This document shows positions 47,476-57,314 of a DNA stretch of 64,000 nucleotides, in pieces (position 1 is the first letter of the stretch; every line of letters begins with the position of its first letter). A program made the translations under genes and the position numbers. The notes below the pieces were generated by a model. That model was not told the origin of the DNA, made no database searches, and saw only the letters and a program-made list of their open reading frames with translations. The stretch comes from Candidatus Latescibacterota bacterium (lineage in GTDB: Bacteria; Latescibacterota; UBA2968; UBA8231), in contig OZ242005.1 in assembly GCA_965204725.1 (NCBI GenBank), positions 1,344,001 through 1,408,000 on the forward strand, in the 5' to 3' direction.

Positions 47476-48444
47476 ATGAAAGCAGTGCGTTTCCACCAGT
47501 GCGGAGGCCCTGAGGTCCTCACCTATGAGGACGTGCCCGCGCCCACCCCGAAGCCGGGCGAGGCCGTCGTCGAAATCAAAGCTATCGGCTTGAATTATAT
47601 CGACACCTATCACCGCGAAGGGCTGTACCCAGTTGAACTGCCCTGCATCCCCGGCATGGAAGCCGCTGGGGTCGTCGCTCGGGTGGGCGAAGGCGTGCAG
47701 GGCGTGCAGGTGGGGGATCGCGTGGGGTATGCCGGGGTGATGGGGGCGTATGCGGCCGAAGCCGTCGTGCCCGCAGACCGCTTGGTTCCGCTGCCGGCCG
47801 CCGCGTCCTATCAGGTGGGGGCCGCCGCTTTGCTACAAGGCATGACGGCGCATTACCTCGCCTATCGGTCCTACCGGCTGGGCCGCGCAGACACGGCTCT
47901 AATCCACGCCGGGGCCGGCGGTGTGGGCCTGCTCCTAATTCAGATGGCCAAGCGGTGCGGGGCGCGGGTGTTTTGCACGGTCTCGACCGCGGAGAAGGAG
48001 CAGCTAGCACGGAATGCGGGGGCGGATGAGGTCATCCGCTACACCGAGCGCGACTTTGAACAGGACGTCATGGCACTCACCGAGGGGCGCGGCGTAGATG
48101 TGGTGTACGATTCTGTGGGCCAAGCGACCTTTGACAAGAGCTTGAATGTGCTCAGGCCCTTGGGCTACTTGGTGTTGTTCGGTCAGTCGAGCGGCCCGGT
48201 CCCGCCCTTTGACCCCGGCATCCTCAGCGCGAAGGGGTCGCTCTTCTTGACTCGGCCTACCATGATGCACTACACCCAGACCCGTGCGGACCTATTGGAA
48301 CGCGCCAACGCGGTGTTAGAATGGGTCGCGGCCGGCGAGTTGGTGCTGCGCATCAGCACTGAGTTTGGCTTGGCGGACGCGGCTGAAGCCCACCGCGCCT
48401 TGCAGGGGCGCAAGACGACCGGCAAGGTCGTCCTCATACCGTGA
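47476..48444 (+). CDS. qor: NADPH:quinone oxidoreductase (zeta-crystallin family)
   Basis: GGPEVL, GLNYIDTY.R.G.Y, HAGAGGVG, VYDSVG, GSLFLTRP, TTGKVVL. Confidence 0.92.
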   Translation: MKAVRFHQCGGPEVLTYEDVPAPTPKPGEAVVEIKAIGLNYIDTYHREGLYPVELPCIPGMEAAGVVARVGEGVQGVQVGDRVGYAGVMGAYAAEAVVPADRLVPLPAAASYQVGAAALLQGMTAHYLAYRSYRLGRADTALIHAGAGGVGLLLIQMAKRCGARVFCTVSTAEKEQLARNAGADEVIRYTERDFEQDVMALTEGRGVDVVYDSVGQATFDKSLNVLRPLGYLVLFGQSSGPVPPFDPGILSAKGSLFLTRPTMMHYTQTRADLLERANAVLEWVAAGELVLRISTEFGLADAAEAHRALQGRKTTGKVVLIP

Positions 48445-48465
48445 AGGACCCTCAGGAGACAGGCG

Positions 48466-49680
48466 ATGACAGAGGAACGAACCCCGGCCCAAGACGCGGA
48501 CTTTGCCCAGATGCTCGACGCCGAAGGGGTGCCCCCGGCCCCGGCCATCCATTCGGTCGCAATCGGCGACGAGGTCAGCGGCGTGATCGTCAAGGTCGAG
48601 GACGAGCATAGCTTTGTGGAATACGGCAGTCGGAACGAAGCCGTCATGCGCACCAGCGAGCTCAAAGGCCCGGATGGGGCAATGGCCTATAAGGTCGGCG
48701 ACCCGATCGCGGCGTTTGTCGTGGCCGTCGGTGACCAAGTCCAGATCAGCCGGGGGCTGAGCCGCCAAGACACCCAGGCGGACCTGCTCTATCAAGCGTA
48801 CAAGGCCGGGCTGCCGGTCGAAGGCCGGGTTGACGCGGTCAATAAGGGGGGATTGGGCGTGACCATCGAGGGCGATGTGCGCGGTTTTTGCCCGATCTCG
48901 CACGTCAATACCCAGTACGTGAAAAACGCCGAGGAGTACCGCGGCCAGACCTTGTCCTTCAAAATTATCGAGTTCCGGCACCAAGGCCGCAATATCGTCC
49001 TGTCGCGCCGTGCCCTACTCGAAGCCGAGCAGGACAAGGCCGCCGGCTTGGTGCGCAGCCAGCTAAAGAAGGGTGCCCAACTGGCGGGCAAGGTGACGCG
49101 GCTGGAGTCTTTTGGGGCGTTCGTGGATTTGGGTTCGGGAGTCGAGGGCTTGGTCCACGTCTCGGAAATCAGCCATCGCCGCGTCGGCCATCCCCAAGAA
49201 GCCCTCGCGGTGGGGCAGCCGGTCCAAGTTGAGGTCTTGCGCACCAAGGACTTGGGCAAGCGGCGCAAGGAGCGGATATCGCTTTCGATCAAGGCGCTGG
49301 AAAAGGACCCTTGGGAAGCGATCAAGGAGCAGTTCGCAGTCGGCACGGTCGTCACGGGCAAGGTGGATGGGCTGGAGGATTTTGGCGCGTTTGTCGAGCT
49401 GGCCGAAGGGGTGCGCGGGCTGGTGCATGTCTCAGAGGTCGCCGACCGCCGCATCGGCCACCCGCGTGAGGTCCTCTCGCTCGGGGACGAGGTCAAGGTG
49501 GTGGTGCTCGAAGTGGATGTCCGCCAACAGCGCTTGCGCCTGTCGATCAGCCAAGTCGATGCCCTCGAATCCAAGGCTCATCTCGCCGAGTTCCGCCAGC
49601 GGCAGCAGCAGGAGCAGGAAGCGACGCAGGGTAGCAGCGCCATGCTCGACGCGCTCCGGCGCGCCAATCTGACGGACTGA
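48466..49680 (+). CDS. Ribosomal protein S1-like protein with four S1 domains
   Basis: S1 repeats: VNKGG..RGFCP.S, FGAFVDLG.GVEGLVHVSEIS, FGAFVEL..GV.GLVHVSE. Confidence 0.85.
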   Translation: MTEERTPAQDADFAQMLDAEGVPPAPAIHSVAIGDEVSGVIVKVEDEHSFVEYGSRNEAVMRTSELKGPDGAMAYKVGDPIAAFVVAVGDQVQISRGLSRQDTQADLLYQAYKAGLPVEGRVDAVNKGGLGVTIEGDVRGFCPISHVNTQYVKNAEEYRGQTLSFKIIEFRHQGRNIVLSRRALLEAEQDKAAGLVRSQLKKGAQLAGKVTRLESFGAFVDLGSGVEGLVHVSEISHRRVGHPQEALAVGQPVQVEVLRTKDLGKRRKERISLSIKALEKDPWEAIKEQFAVGTVVTGKVDGLEDFGAFVELAEGVRGLVHVSEVADRRIGHPREVLSLGDEVKVVVLEVDVRQQRLRLSISQVDALESKAHLAEFRQRQQQEQEATQGSSAMLDALRRANLTD

Positions 49681-49681
49681 G

Positions 49682-50932
49682 ATGGGGCTGACCGACGCTA
49701 TTTTTAACCACCCGCGCCCTGGGTACTACGGGGAGTACGGTGGGGCCTTTATCCCCGAAATTCTACGCACGACTCTCGACGAATTGATCCAAGTTTTTGA
49801 GGACGCACGCCGCGCCCCTTCCTTTTGGGCGGAGTTTGAGCAGGTGATGCGGACCTATTCCTGTCGGCCCACCCCGATTACCTCGCTCGAAAACCTCTCC
49901 CGCGCAGTGGGCGGGGCGCGCATTTTTCTCAAGCGCGAGGACCTCAACCACACGGGCGCCCACAAGGTCAACAACGTCATGGGCCAAGGATTGTTGGTGC
50001 GCCGCATGGGCAAGAGCCGGGTCATCGCCGAGACGGGGGCCGGTCAGCACGGCGTGGCCACGGCGACGATGGCCGCCCGCTTGGGGCTGAAATGCACCAT
50101 CTACATGGGGGCTGTCGATGTGGAACGCCAGCGGCCCAATGTGTTTTGGATGGAGCAACTGGGGGCCGAGGTGGTTGCTGTGACCGATGGCTCGGCCACG
50201 CTCAAGGACGCGATCAACGAGAGCCTCCGCGATTGGGCCTATTCCATGGCCGACACGCACTATGTGCTCGGCACGGCTTGTGGCCCGCATCCCTTCCCGC
50301 AAATCGTCGCCTATTTCCAGCGGATCATCGGCGCGGAGAGCCGCCAGCAGATGCTAGACTCGGTGGGGCACCTGCCCGATAGGGTGTACGCCTGCGTCGG
50401 CGGCGGCTCCAACGCTACGGGCCTATTCTTGGGATTTCTCGACGACGCGGCCGTCGAATTGGTCGGGGTCGAAGCGGGAGGCCGGGGGCTGGAAACCGGG
50501 GCGCATGCCGCGCGCTTGGCCGGCCTCGTCGGCACCCCCGGAATAGCCCAAGGCTACAAGACGTTCTTTTTCCAAGACGCCGAAGGCCAGATGCGGCACA
50601 CGCACTCGGTGGCGGCCGGGCTAGACTACATCGGCGTCAGTCCGATCCTCGCCCACTTAGCCGAGGTGGGCCGGGTGCGCATTGAGGCCGCGACCGACCG
50701 AGAAGTGCTCGAGGCGCTCAAGCTGATGATGCGCCGCGAGGGGATCATCGGGGCGCTCGAAAGCACCCACGCCTTGGCCGGTGCCCTGCGCGAAGTCGGC
50801 GCGATGACGCCCGATCAAATTGTGCTGATTGGCCTGTCGGGCCGCGGCGACAAGGACATTTTCACGATCGCCAACGCGCTAGAGGACGAAAACTGGCAGC
50901 GCTTCCTCGCCGACAAGGCCGCCCGGTCGTGA
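49682..50932 (+). CDS. trpB: Tryptophan synthase beta chain
   Basis: LKREDLNHTGAHKVNN, AETGAGQHG, GPHPFP, ACVGGGSN, LSGRGDKD. Confidence 0.96.
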   Translation: MGLTDAIFNHPRPGYYGEYGGAFIPEILRTTLDELIQVFEDARRAPSFWAEFEQVMRTYSCRPTPITSLENLSRAVGGARIFLKREDLNHTGAHKVNNVMGQGLLVRRMGKSRVIAETGAGQHGVATATMAARLGLKCTIYMGAVDVERQRPNVFWMEQLGAEVVAVTDGSATLKDAINESLRDWAYSMADTHYVLGTACGPHPFPQIVAYFQRIIGAESRQQMLDSVGHLPDRVYACVGGGSNATGLFLGFLDDAAVELVGVEAGGRGLETGAHAARLAGLVGTPGIAQGYKTFFFQDAEGQMRHTHSVAAGLDYIGVSPILAHLAEVGRVRIEAATDREVLEALKLMMRREGIIGALESTHALAGALREVGAMTPDQIVLIGLSGRGDKDIFTIANALEDENWQRFLADKAARS

Positions 50933-51705
50933 ACCTGCAAGCCTATATCGAAGGGCGGCTCGCCGAGCGCAAGGTGCTGCTGATGACGCATCTGATCGCT
51001 GGTTTCCCCTCACTGGAGGCCAACTGGCGGATGCTGGAGATCATGGCCGAGGTCGAGGTTGACTTGGTCGAATTGCAGATGCCCTTTAGCGAGCCCATCG
51101 CCGACGGGCCGACCTTTGCCAAAGCCAATCAACAGGCCCTCGAAAGCGGCCTTACCCTCGACCAGTACTTCGACCTAATGCAGCGGGCGACCGCGGCTTT
51201 CCCCTTTCCGCATTTGATGATGGGCTACTACAACACGGCGTTCCGCTTGGGGCACGGCCCGTTCTGCCGCCGCTTGGCAGCCAGCGGGGCCTGCGGCTTT
51301 ATCCTGCCGGACTTGCCGGTCGAAGAGTACGGCGACCTGTGGGCGGCCGGCGCGGAGTGCGAGCAAACGCCGATTTTGCTGATGACCCCGACCAACACCG
51401 AGCAGCGGTTGCACCAGATCGGCGCCCGCGCCCAAGGGTTTGTCTATGCGGTGGCACGCAAGGGCGTGACCGGCCGCCAGACGGACTTAGACGATGGACT
51501 CTATCGGTTTATCGCCCGCTGCCGTGCGGCGACCGATCGGCCGCTGGGAATCGGCTTTGGGCTCCGCAGCGGGGAAGATTTGCGCCAGCTACAGGGCCGG
51601 GCCGCCATCGGCATCGTCGGCTCGGTGCTCTTGGAGGTCTGGCAACGGGAAGGGGAAGCGGGCTACGCCGCTCTATTGCGCGCCTTGGCGGCTGGGCGCG
51701 ATTGA
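50929..51705 (+). CDS. trpA: Tryptophan synthase alpha chain
   Basis: GTGA overlap with trpB. ELQMPFSEPIADGP, MGYYN, PDLP.EE, GVTG, GFG, IVGS. Confidence 0.93.
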   Translation: MNLQAYIEGRLAERKVLLMTHLIAGFPSLEANWRMLEIMAEVEVDLVELQMPFSEPIADGPTFAKANQQALESGLTLDQYFDLMQRATAAFPFPHLMMGYYNTAFRLGHGPFCRRLAASGACGFILPDLPVEEYGDLWAAGAECEQTPILLMTPTNTEQRLHQIGARAQGFVYAVARKGVTGRQTDLDDGLYRFIARCRAATDRPLGIGFGLRSGEDLRQLQGRAAIGIVGSVLLEVWQREGEAGYAALLRALAAGRD

Positions 51706-51729
51706 AGTAGGTCCTTGACTGAGCCACCC

Positions 51730-52458
51730 TCAGTCCATGTACAACCCCCCATTCACATCGATGGTCTCGCCGGTGATGTGCCGTGCGTCGTCCGAAGCCA
51801 GAAAGAGGGCGCAGTGAGCTATGTCTTCGGGCTGGCCGGCGCCGCCGAGGGGGATAGAAGCCTTGAGTTGGTCGTGTTCCGGGGCGGCGGTCATGGCGGT
51901 ATCGATCACCCCGGGGGCGATGGCGTTGACGCGAATCAGATAGGGGGCTAAGGCCCGCGCTAGGCCAATGGTTAAGGTGAGGACGCCGGCTTTGGCCGCT
52001 GCGTAGGGAGGGCCGGCCGCTAGGCCGCCGGTCTTGGCCGCTAGGGAAGTCATGTTGACGATGACCCCTTGGCGGCGGGCCTTCATGGAGGGGATGACCG
52101 CTTGGGCGCAGAGGAAGGGGCCTTTCATATTGACATCGACCATGCGGTCCCAGTCCGCTTCGCTGCACGATTCAAAAGTGGTATAGATCAAATACCCAGC
52201 GTTGTTGACGAGGATGTCGATCGAGCCGAACCCGTCGAGGACGCGGTGGGTGCCGGCGCAGACTGAGGCTTTGGACGACACGTCCATTTCCAATCCCAAC
52301 GCGCCGATCGCAGCGGCCGTGGCGCGGGCGGCGTCGGGGTCCATATCGGCGATGGCCACGCGCGCTCCCTCGCGGACAAAGCACTCGGCGATGGCCCGCC
52401 CAATGCCTCGGCCGGCGCCGGTGATCAATGCGGTCTTGTGCTGTAATTTTCCCGGCAT
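51730..52458 (-). CDS. SDR family oxidoreductase
   Basis: TGAGRGIG, LVNNAG, YAAAK, VNAIAPG, DVNGG. Confidence 0.92.
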   Translation of the reverse strand: MPGKLQHKTALITGAGRGIGRAIAECFVREGARVAIADMDPDAARATAAAIGALGLEMDVSSKASVCAGTHRVLDGFGSIDILVNNAGYLIYTTFESCSEADWDRMVDVNMKGPFLCAQAVIPSMKARRQGVIVNMTSLAAKTGGLAAGPPYAAAKAGVLTLTIGLARALAPYLIRVNAIAPGVIDTAMTAAPEHDQLKASIPLGGAGQPEDIAHCALFLASDDARHITGETIDVNGGLYMD

Positions 52459-52608
52459 GACAAGTTCCCGAAGTTAGACCAGAAGATATGCCATTTTGCG
52501 CGGCGGCCCAATGCGCGTGGGCGACGGCTTGCTAGATGCTGGGGAAAGGTCTATAAATAAGGCCGCTTAGCGGGACCTGACTAAAACATCAATGTGGAGG
52601 ATGCTCGG

Positions 52609-53709
52609 ATGGAAGACAGTCGAACCTCGACCGAATTGGAATTGGAGCCGATAACGTCCGAAGACGAAGATCGCGAAAGCGTTCCGGCAGGCTACGAGGT
52701 CGCAACGTATCCAGCGGATTACACGTTGGAAGTGCTGCATCAAAAAAGGAAGGCGGACGAGATCGAGATTCCCAAATTCCAGCGGCAATTTGTCTGGACA
52801 CAGAGCCAAGCTAGCCGGCTGATAGAATCCTTTCTGGTGGGGCTACCGGTCCCCGCCGTATTCCTCTACAGCGAACTCGAAAGCCAGAAGTATCTCGTAA
52901 TAGACGGGCAGCAACGCTTGAAGAGCGTATTCTATTACTTTGAAGGGTATTTCGGCTCTGAAGAACGGGGTAAGCGCAAGGTATTCAGTTTGCAAGGTCT
53001 CCATCAGGAAAGCCCATTTTATGAAAAGAAATTTGAAGACCTGCGGGCAGAAGACCAACGGCGGCTGAAGAACGCCGTGTTACGCGCTTTTATCGTCCGG
53101 CAACTGGCCCCCGCTGACGATACAAGCATGTACTATATCTTTGAAAGGCTCAATACCGGGGGCACTTTACTGGCGAGTCAGGAAATTCGCAACTGTATCT
53201 ATCGCGGTCCCTTTATCGAATTTCTCGAAGAGATCAACAAATTGTCATGCTGGAGAAAAATACTCGGTAAAACAGAACCCGACAGCCGGCAAAGAGACAT
53301 CGAGCTATTGGTGCGCTTTTTTGCAATGCGAGATAGATCTGCCTACAAGAAGCCAATGAAGGACTTCTTGTCGAGGTTCACGCGAAAGAACAGGAATGCC
53401 TCTGAAGAGGTACTCCAAAGCAGCCAGCAGGTGTTCGAGCAAACCTGCGATGCCGTCATTAACTCGCTCGGGGATAAACCGTTTCACATTCGCTCGGGGC
53501 TGAATGCCGCCGTATTTGATGCGGTTATGGTTGCCTTTTCCGAGCACTTAGATGAAATCCCGACCAATATCTCTGTCCGGTATAAGAATTGGGTTAGGAG
53601 CGAAAATTGCCTCCTAAATACCACGCAGAGAACGACAGATGTCGAAAAGGTACGCGAGCGTTTCCGCCAAGCTGAACAGGAGCTTTTCGGCCAGTGCGCT
53701 GACCGCTGA
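52609..53709 (+). CDS. DUF262 (ParB/Srx-fold, GmrSD N-terminal-like) protein
   Basis: GGAGG RBS before ATG 52609. IPKFQRQFVW, LIES...G.PVP, IDGQQRL, IFERLNTGG..L..QEIRN. Confidence 0.9.
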   Translation: MEDSRTSTELELEPITSEDEDRESVPAGYEVATYPADYTLEVLHQKRKADEIEIPKFQRQFVWTQSQASRLIESFLVGLPVPAVFLYSELESQKYLVIDGQQRLKSVFYYFEGYFGSEERGKRKVFSLQGLHQESPFYEKKFEDLRAEDQRRLKNAVLRAFIVRQLAPADDTSMYYIFERLNTGGTLLASQEIRNCIYRGPFIEFLEEINKLSCWRKILGKTEPDSRQRDIELLVRFFAMRDRSAYKKPMKDFLSRFTRKNRNASEEVLQSSQQVFEQTCDAVINSLGDKPFHIRSGLNAAVFDAVMVAFSEHLDEIPTNISVRYKNWVRSENCLLNTTQRTTDVEKVRERFRQAEQELFGQCADR

Positions 53710-53710
53710 T

Positions 53711-54196
53711 ATGCGTATCCTGCGGATTGACCAAGCCTTGGAAAAATGCGAAGCGCATTTGTCTTTGGAAGAAGCCGTTGAAGCGGAAGTACAGAGCTTG
53801 CTCGCCCAGTCATTGGTGATTCTCATTTATGCGGAGTTTGAGCAAAAAGTTCGCGAATTGATTCGCGATCGATGCCGAAGCGCAACGGCAACGGATGACT
53901 CGGTAAGAGAATTTCTCGATTCTTGCGCGGAAAGCGCGTTTCGTGGTCTGAAAATTAGTGAAATTGCAGGGCTGCTCAGGCGATTTGGTGAGTCTCACAA
54001 GGAAGCATTTAACCAGCGCCTCGATCAAAATCAAAGAGCTAAGAACATGTACGACAGCATCTGGATCAATCGACATGAAATCGCGCACGGCGAAGGGAGT
54101 GCCGTCACCGTCGGCGATGTAAAACAGTACTACGAACACGGGCATTGCGTACTGGACTACTTACGCGATGCGCTGTTTCAAGACGAGTCGAGATAG
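53711..54196 (+). CDS. HEPN-domain putative RNase (RiboL-PSP-HEPN/MAE_28990-like)
   Basis: ATG one base after the DUF262 stop. YAEFE helix and Rx4H motif NRHEIAHG. Confidence 0.8.
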   Translation: MRILRIDQALEKCEAHLSLEEAVEAEVQSLLAQSLVILIYAEFEQKVRELIRDRCRSATATDDSVREFLDSCAESAFRGLKISEIAGLLRRFGESHKEAFNQRLDQNQRAKNMYDSIWINRHEIAHGEGSAVTVGDVKQYYEHGHCVLDYLRDALFQDESR

Positions 54197-54205
54197 GGGA
54201 TTTCT

Positions 54206-55462
54206 ATGAGAAACGTCATTGGAGTCATCCTCGGGGGTGGGCAGGGTACGCGGCTTTTTCCGCTGACTCAGCTTCGCTCTAAGCCGGCCGTGCCGATTGG
54301 CGGCAAGTATCGCTTGATCGACATTCCCATCAGCAATTGTCTGCATTCTGGGGTCAACCGCATTTTCGCCCTGACCCAATTCAATTCCGCTTCGCTCCAC
54401 CGCCACATCAGCACGACGTACCGCTTTGATTCCTTTTCCGATGGGTTCGTCGAAATTTTGGCGGCCGAGCAGACCCAAGACAGCGTCGCTTGGTACCAAG
54501 GCACGGCCGATGCGGTGCGCCAACAACTCAGGCACTTGCTGTCGCGCCGGGCCGACCAAGTCCTAATCCTGTCGGGCGACCACCTCTATCGCATGGATTA
54601 CCGCGCCTTTGTCGAAGAGCATCGAGCGCGGGGCGCGGATGTGTCGATTGCGGTCAAGCCAGTGCCGCAGCAGGCCGCGCCCTCGTTGGGCATTGTGCAG
54701 GTAGATGCGCAGGGGCGGATCGTGGATTTTCGCGAAAAGCCGCAAGATGCGGCCGAGCTAGAGGCCCTGCGGCTGCCGGCGGCCGATTCGGAGGCGTGCT
54801 ATCTGGCTTCCATGGGCATCTACGTGTTTGAGCCTCAGGTTTTGGTCAGCCTGCTGATGAGCAGCGACCAAGACGACTTTGGCAAGCACATCATCCCCAG
54901 CGCGATCCACAAGGTCGGAGTTTTTGCCCATACCTTTGAAGGCTATTGGGAAGACATTGGGACCATTCGCTCTTTTTACGAGGCCAACCTAGCGCTGACC
55001 GATCGGCCGCCGCCTTTTGACTTTTACCGGGCCGACGCACCGATCTACACGCACGCGCGCTTCCTCGCTGGTACGCGGCTCGAGAGTTGCCACATTGAGC
55101 GAGGGATCATCTGCGAGGGCTCGTACATTCAGTCGGCTCAAATCGAGCGCTCGGTAATCGGGATCCGGTCGGTGATTGGCGCGAACTGCCAGATTGCCCA
55201 TACCATCGTCATGGGGGCTGATTCGGAAGAGTCGCCGGCCGATCGCGCGCGCAATGCGGCTCAGGGCATTCCGAATATGGGGATTGGTGCCAACACCCAA
55301 ATTACCGGCGCGATCATCGACAAAAACGCCCGCATCGGCGAGGGCGTGCGCATCACCAGCAAGGACCGAGGCGTCGAGGCCGGCGAGACTAATTACTACA
55401 TCCGCGACGGGATCGTGGTCGTGCCTAAGGACGCGGTGATTCCATCGGGCACTGTGATATAA
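54206..55462 (+). CDS. glgC: Glucose-1-phosphate adenylyltransferase
   Basis: ILGGGQGTRLFPLT..RSKPAVP.GGKYRLID, WYQGTADAV, LSGDHLYRMDY, ASMGIY, YWEDIGT. Confidence 0.97.
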   Translation: MRNVIGVILGGGQGTRLFPLTQLRSKPAVPIGGKYRLIDIPISNCLHSGVNRIFALTQFNSASLHRHISTTYRFDSFSDGFVEILAAEQTQDSVAWYQGTADAVRQQLRHLLSRRADQVLILSGDHLYRMDYRAFVEEHRARGADVSIAVKPVPQQAAPSLGIVQVDAQGRIVDFREKPQDAAELEALRLPAADSEACYLASMGIYVFEPQVLVSLLMSSDQDDFGKHIIPSAIHKVGVFAHTFEGYWEDIGTIRSFYEANLALTDRPPPFDFYRADAPIYTHARFLAGTRLESCHIERGIICEGSYIQSAQIERSVIGIRSVIGANCQIAHTIVMGADSEESPADRARNAAQGIPNMGIGANTQITGAIIDKNARIGEGVRITSKDRGVEAGETNYYIRDGIVVVPKDAVIPSGTVI

Positions 55463-55478
55463 AGAAGCGAGCGGGGGT

Positions 55479-55522
55479 ACAGAAAAGGGGGGACGGGTGC
55501 ATAATCCGTCCCCCTTTTCTGT
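55479..55522. terminator. Bidirectional intrinsic terminator
   Basis: ACAGAAAAGGGGGGACGG-loop-CCGTCCCCCTTTTCTGT between convergent genes. Confidence 0.82.
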
Positions 55523-55536
55523 CCTGTGAAACAGTC

Positions 55537-57180
55537 CTATTTGAGCAAGGTCATTTTGCGGTGTAGGACTTGGTCGCCAGCGCGGAGGCGATAGAAGTAC
55601 GTACCGGCGCTGAGGTCCGACGCATCAACGGCGAGCGAGTAGGTGCCAGCCACGCGCCACCCTTCGGCCAGCGTTGCCACCTGTTGGCCGAGGGCGTTGA
55701 AGAGGGCCAACTCGACGTGCCCAGCCGCCGGCATGGCGAAGGCAATGGTCGTGCTGGGGTTGAAGGGATTGGGGTAGTTTTGGTTGAGGGTATAAGCATT
55801 GGGTATGGCGGCCGACACGGCCGACTCTTCGGCGATGACGGTCGTTGGCATCTCGTTGGGCATGATGCCGACCGCAGCGAGGAAGGTCCAGCCCGAGGTC
55901 CAGAGCTCGTTGCCAAAGGCACCGGCATAGTCAACTTGGGTGTAGAAGCCGTCGTCGGGAATGGTGCCGCCGCTCCAAGCCGGGCTATCGTCTTGGAGCC
56001 TAGGGTCGAGTCCGCTGTCCGCAGTGCGGGAAATGCCCTTGAGCAATGGATCCTCGAGGCGGTTGTTGTGGGCTGCGAGGTGAGCGAGAGCAAACCCGGG
56101 GACGAGCGAAGCAACGTCGTCGCCGGTGCCAAAGCCCCACCAAATGTTGTCGGCCAAGACGAGGTCGCCGGCCTCCAAGCGAGCGCGGCTGTCCTCCCCA
56201 GACTCTAAGTCCTCGATATCGACGCCCTCCCCGGCAAAGTCGGTGAAGATGCTGTTGTGGTATTGGCCCCCGGCGTTGTCTCGGATTTTGAGCACCACAT
56301 CGTTGTCGCCGTTGGCGGAAAAGGCCCCGGAGCCGATATAGGTGGCATTGTAGATGACCGGAGTGGCATAGGGCGTACCGTCCTCGGGCGTGGTGCCGCC
56401 GTCGTGCTCCCCGGCGCGGTTGCCGCTGTTTTCGCCTTGGATGGAGAACCAGAACTGGCCCTTGCCGCGGAAGCCTTCGTCGTAGTCAAAGGCGTCGTCG
56501 CCGTTGAAGGCCGAAACCAGATACTTGGTGTTGGCCGTGCCGCCGAACCACTCAAAGCCATCGTCTTGGTTGTTGTACACCTCGACGTATTCGATGACCG
56601 TACCGCGGCCGACGCCGCCCAAGGTCAGGCCGTTGATCTCGTTGCCCGCGCCGATGTCGGTGCCGCCGTGGCGGATGGACACGTAGCGGAAGACGCCGGA
56701 GTTGTCGTCGTCGTCGTCGCCGCCGTAGAGGCCGCGCGGCTCGGTGGTGGGAATCCCCTCAATGGGGGTTTCGCCCGGCTCGGAGTTGAGGCTCGCCCGA
56801 CCGAGGATAATGACGCCGCCCCACAGGCCGCGGGCGTCGAGCGGCAGGTCGTTGGGATCGCTGACGTCGTCGGCTTCGGCCGTGAAAATGATCGGTTTAG
56901 CTAGGGTGCCCTCGGCGAAAATTTTGCCGCCGCGGGCGACGACGAGTGCGCTGGCGTTTTCGCCTTGTCCCGGCTTGCCCTTGATGACTGTGCTCGCCTG
57001 AATCGTCAGGGAGGAACCCTCACCGACAAAAACTAAGCCGTTGAGCACGTACTCGTTATCTGCGGTCCATTCGACGTGGGTGCCGACCGGAATATCGGCG
57101 TCTGTGACGTCGATGAGGGCCGCTGAAGCAATGGTCGGCAACAGGGCGGTGCCGACCGCGAGCATTATCTTGCGAAGCAT
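55537..57180 (-). CDS. Secreted beta-helix-like protein with T9SS/Por C-terminal sorting domain (TBDR partner)
   Basis: AGGAGG RBS and signal peptide. PIIFTA, WGGVIILG, DNSG..RYVSIRHGG, EINGLTLGGVG.GT, DDGFEWFGG. CTD NYPNPFNP..GTYFYRL..RKMTLLK. Confidence 0.85.
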   Translation of the reverse strand: MLRKIMLAVGTALLPTIASAALIDVTDADIPVGTHVEWTADNEYVLNGLVFVGEGSSLTIQASTVIKGKPGQGENASALVVARGGKIFAEGTLAKPIIFTAEADDVSDPNDLPLDARGLWGGVIILGRASLNSEPGETPIEGIPTTEPRGLYGGDDDDDNSGVFRYVSIRHGGTDIGAGNEINGLTLGGVGRGTVIEYVEVYNNQDDGFEWFGGTANTKYLVSAFNGDDAFDYDEGFRGKGQFWFSIQGENSGNRAGEHDGGTTPEDGTPYATPVIYNATYIGSGAFSANGDNDVVLKIRDNAGGQYHNSIFTDFAGEGVDIEDLESGEDSRARLEAGDLVLADNIWWGFGTGDDVASLVPGFALAHLAAHNNRLEDPLLKGISRTADSGLDPRLQDDSPAWSGGTIPDDGFYTQVDYAGAFGNELWTSGWTFLAAVGIMPNEMPTTVIAEESAVSAAIPNAYTLNQNYPNPFNPSTTIAFAMPAAGHVELALFNALGQQVATLAEGWRVAGTYSLAVDASDLSAGTYFYRLRAGDQVLHRKMTLLK

Positions 57181-57281
57181 AGTATCCTCCTGATACTGGA
57201 TAAAAGGAATGGACGCCAGCGTCCCGAACCGCTGGCGTCCATTAAGAAAGCACGAGCCTGTACCAGTAGTATGGCGGTAGT

Positions 57282-57299
57282 GTGAACAGTTTGTTACAA
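57282..57299 (-). promoter_or_regulatory. Putative Pho box (2 half-sites)
   Basis: Minus strand TTGTAAC-AAAC-TGTTCAC, 11-nt period, upstream of the CDS starting at 57180. Confidence 0.45.
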
Positions 57300-57314
57300 C
57301 CCCCAGCGCATGGG

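Noticed and set aside
56701-56722. (GTC)n microsatellite as a phase-variation tract
   Set aside because: It encodes the in-frame acidic run GGDDDDDNSG, part of the protein motif. Slippage would not shift the frame.
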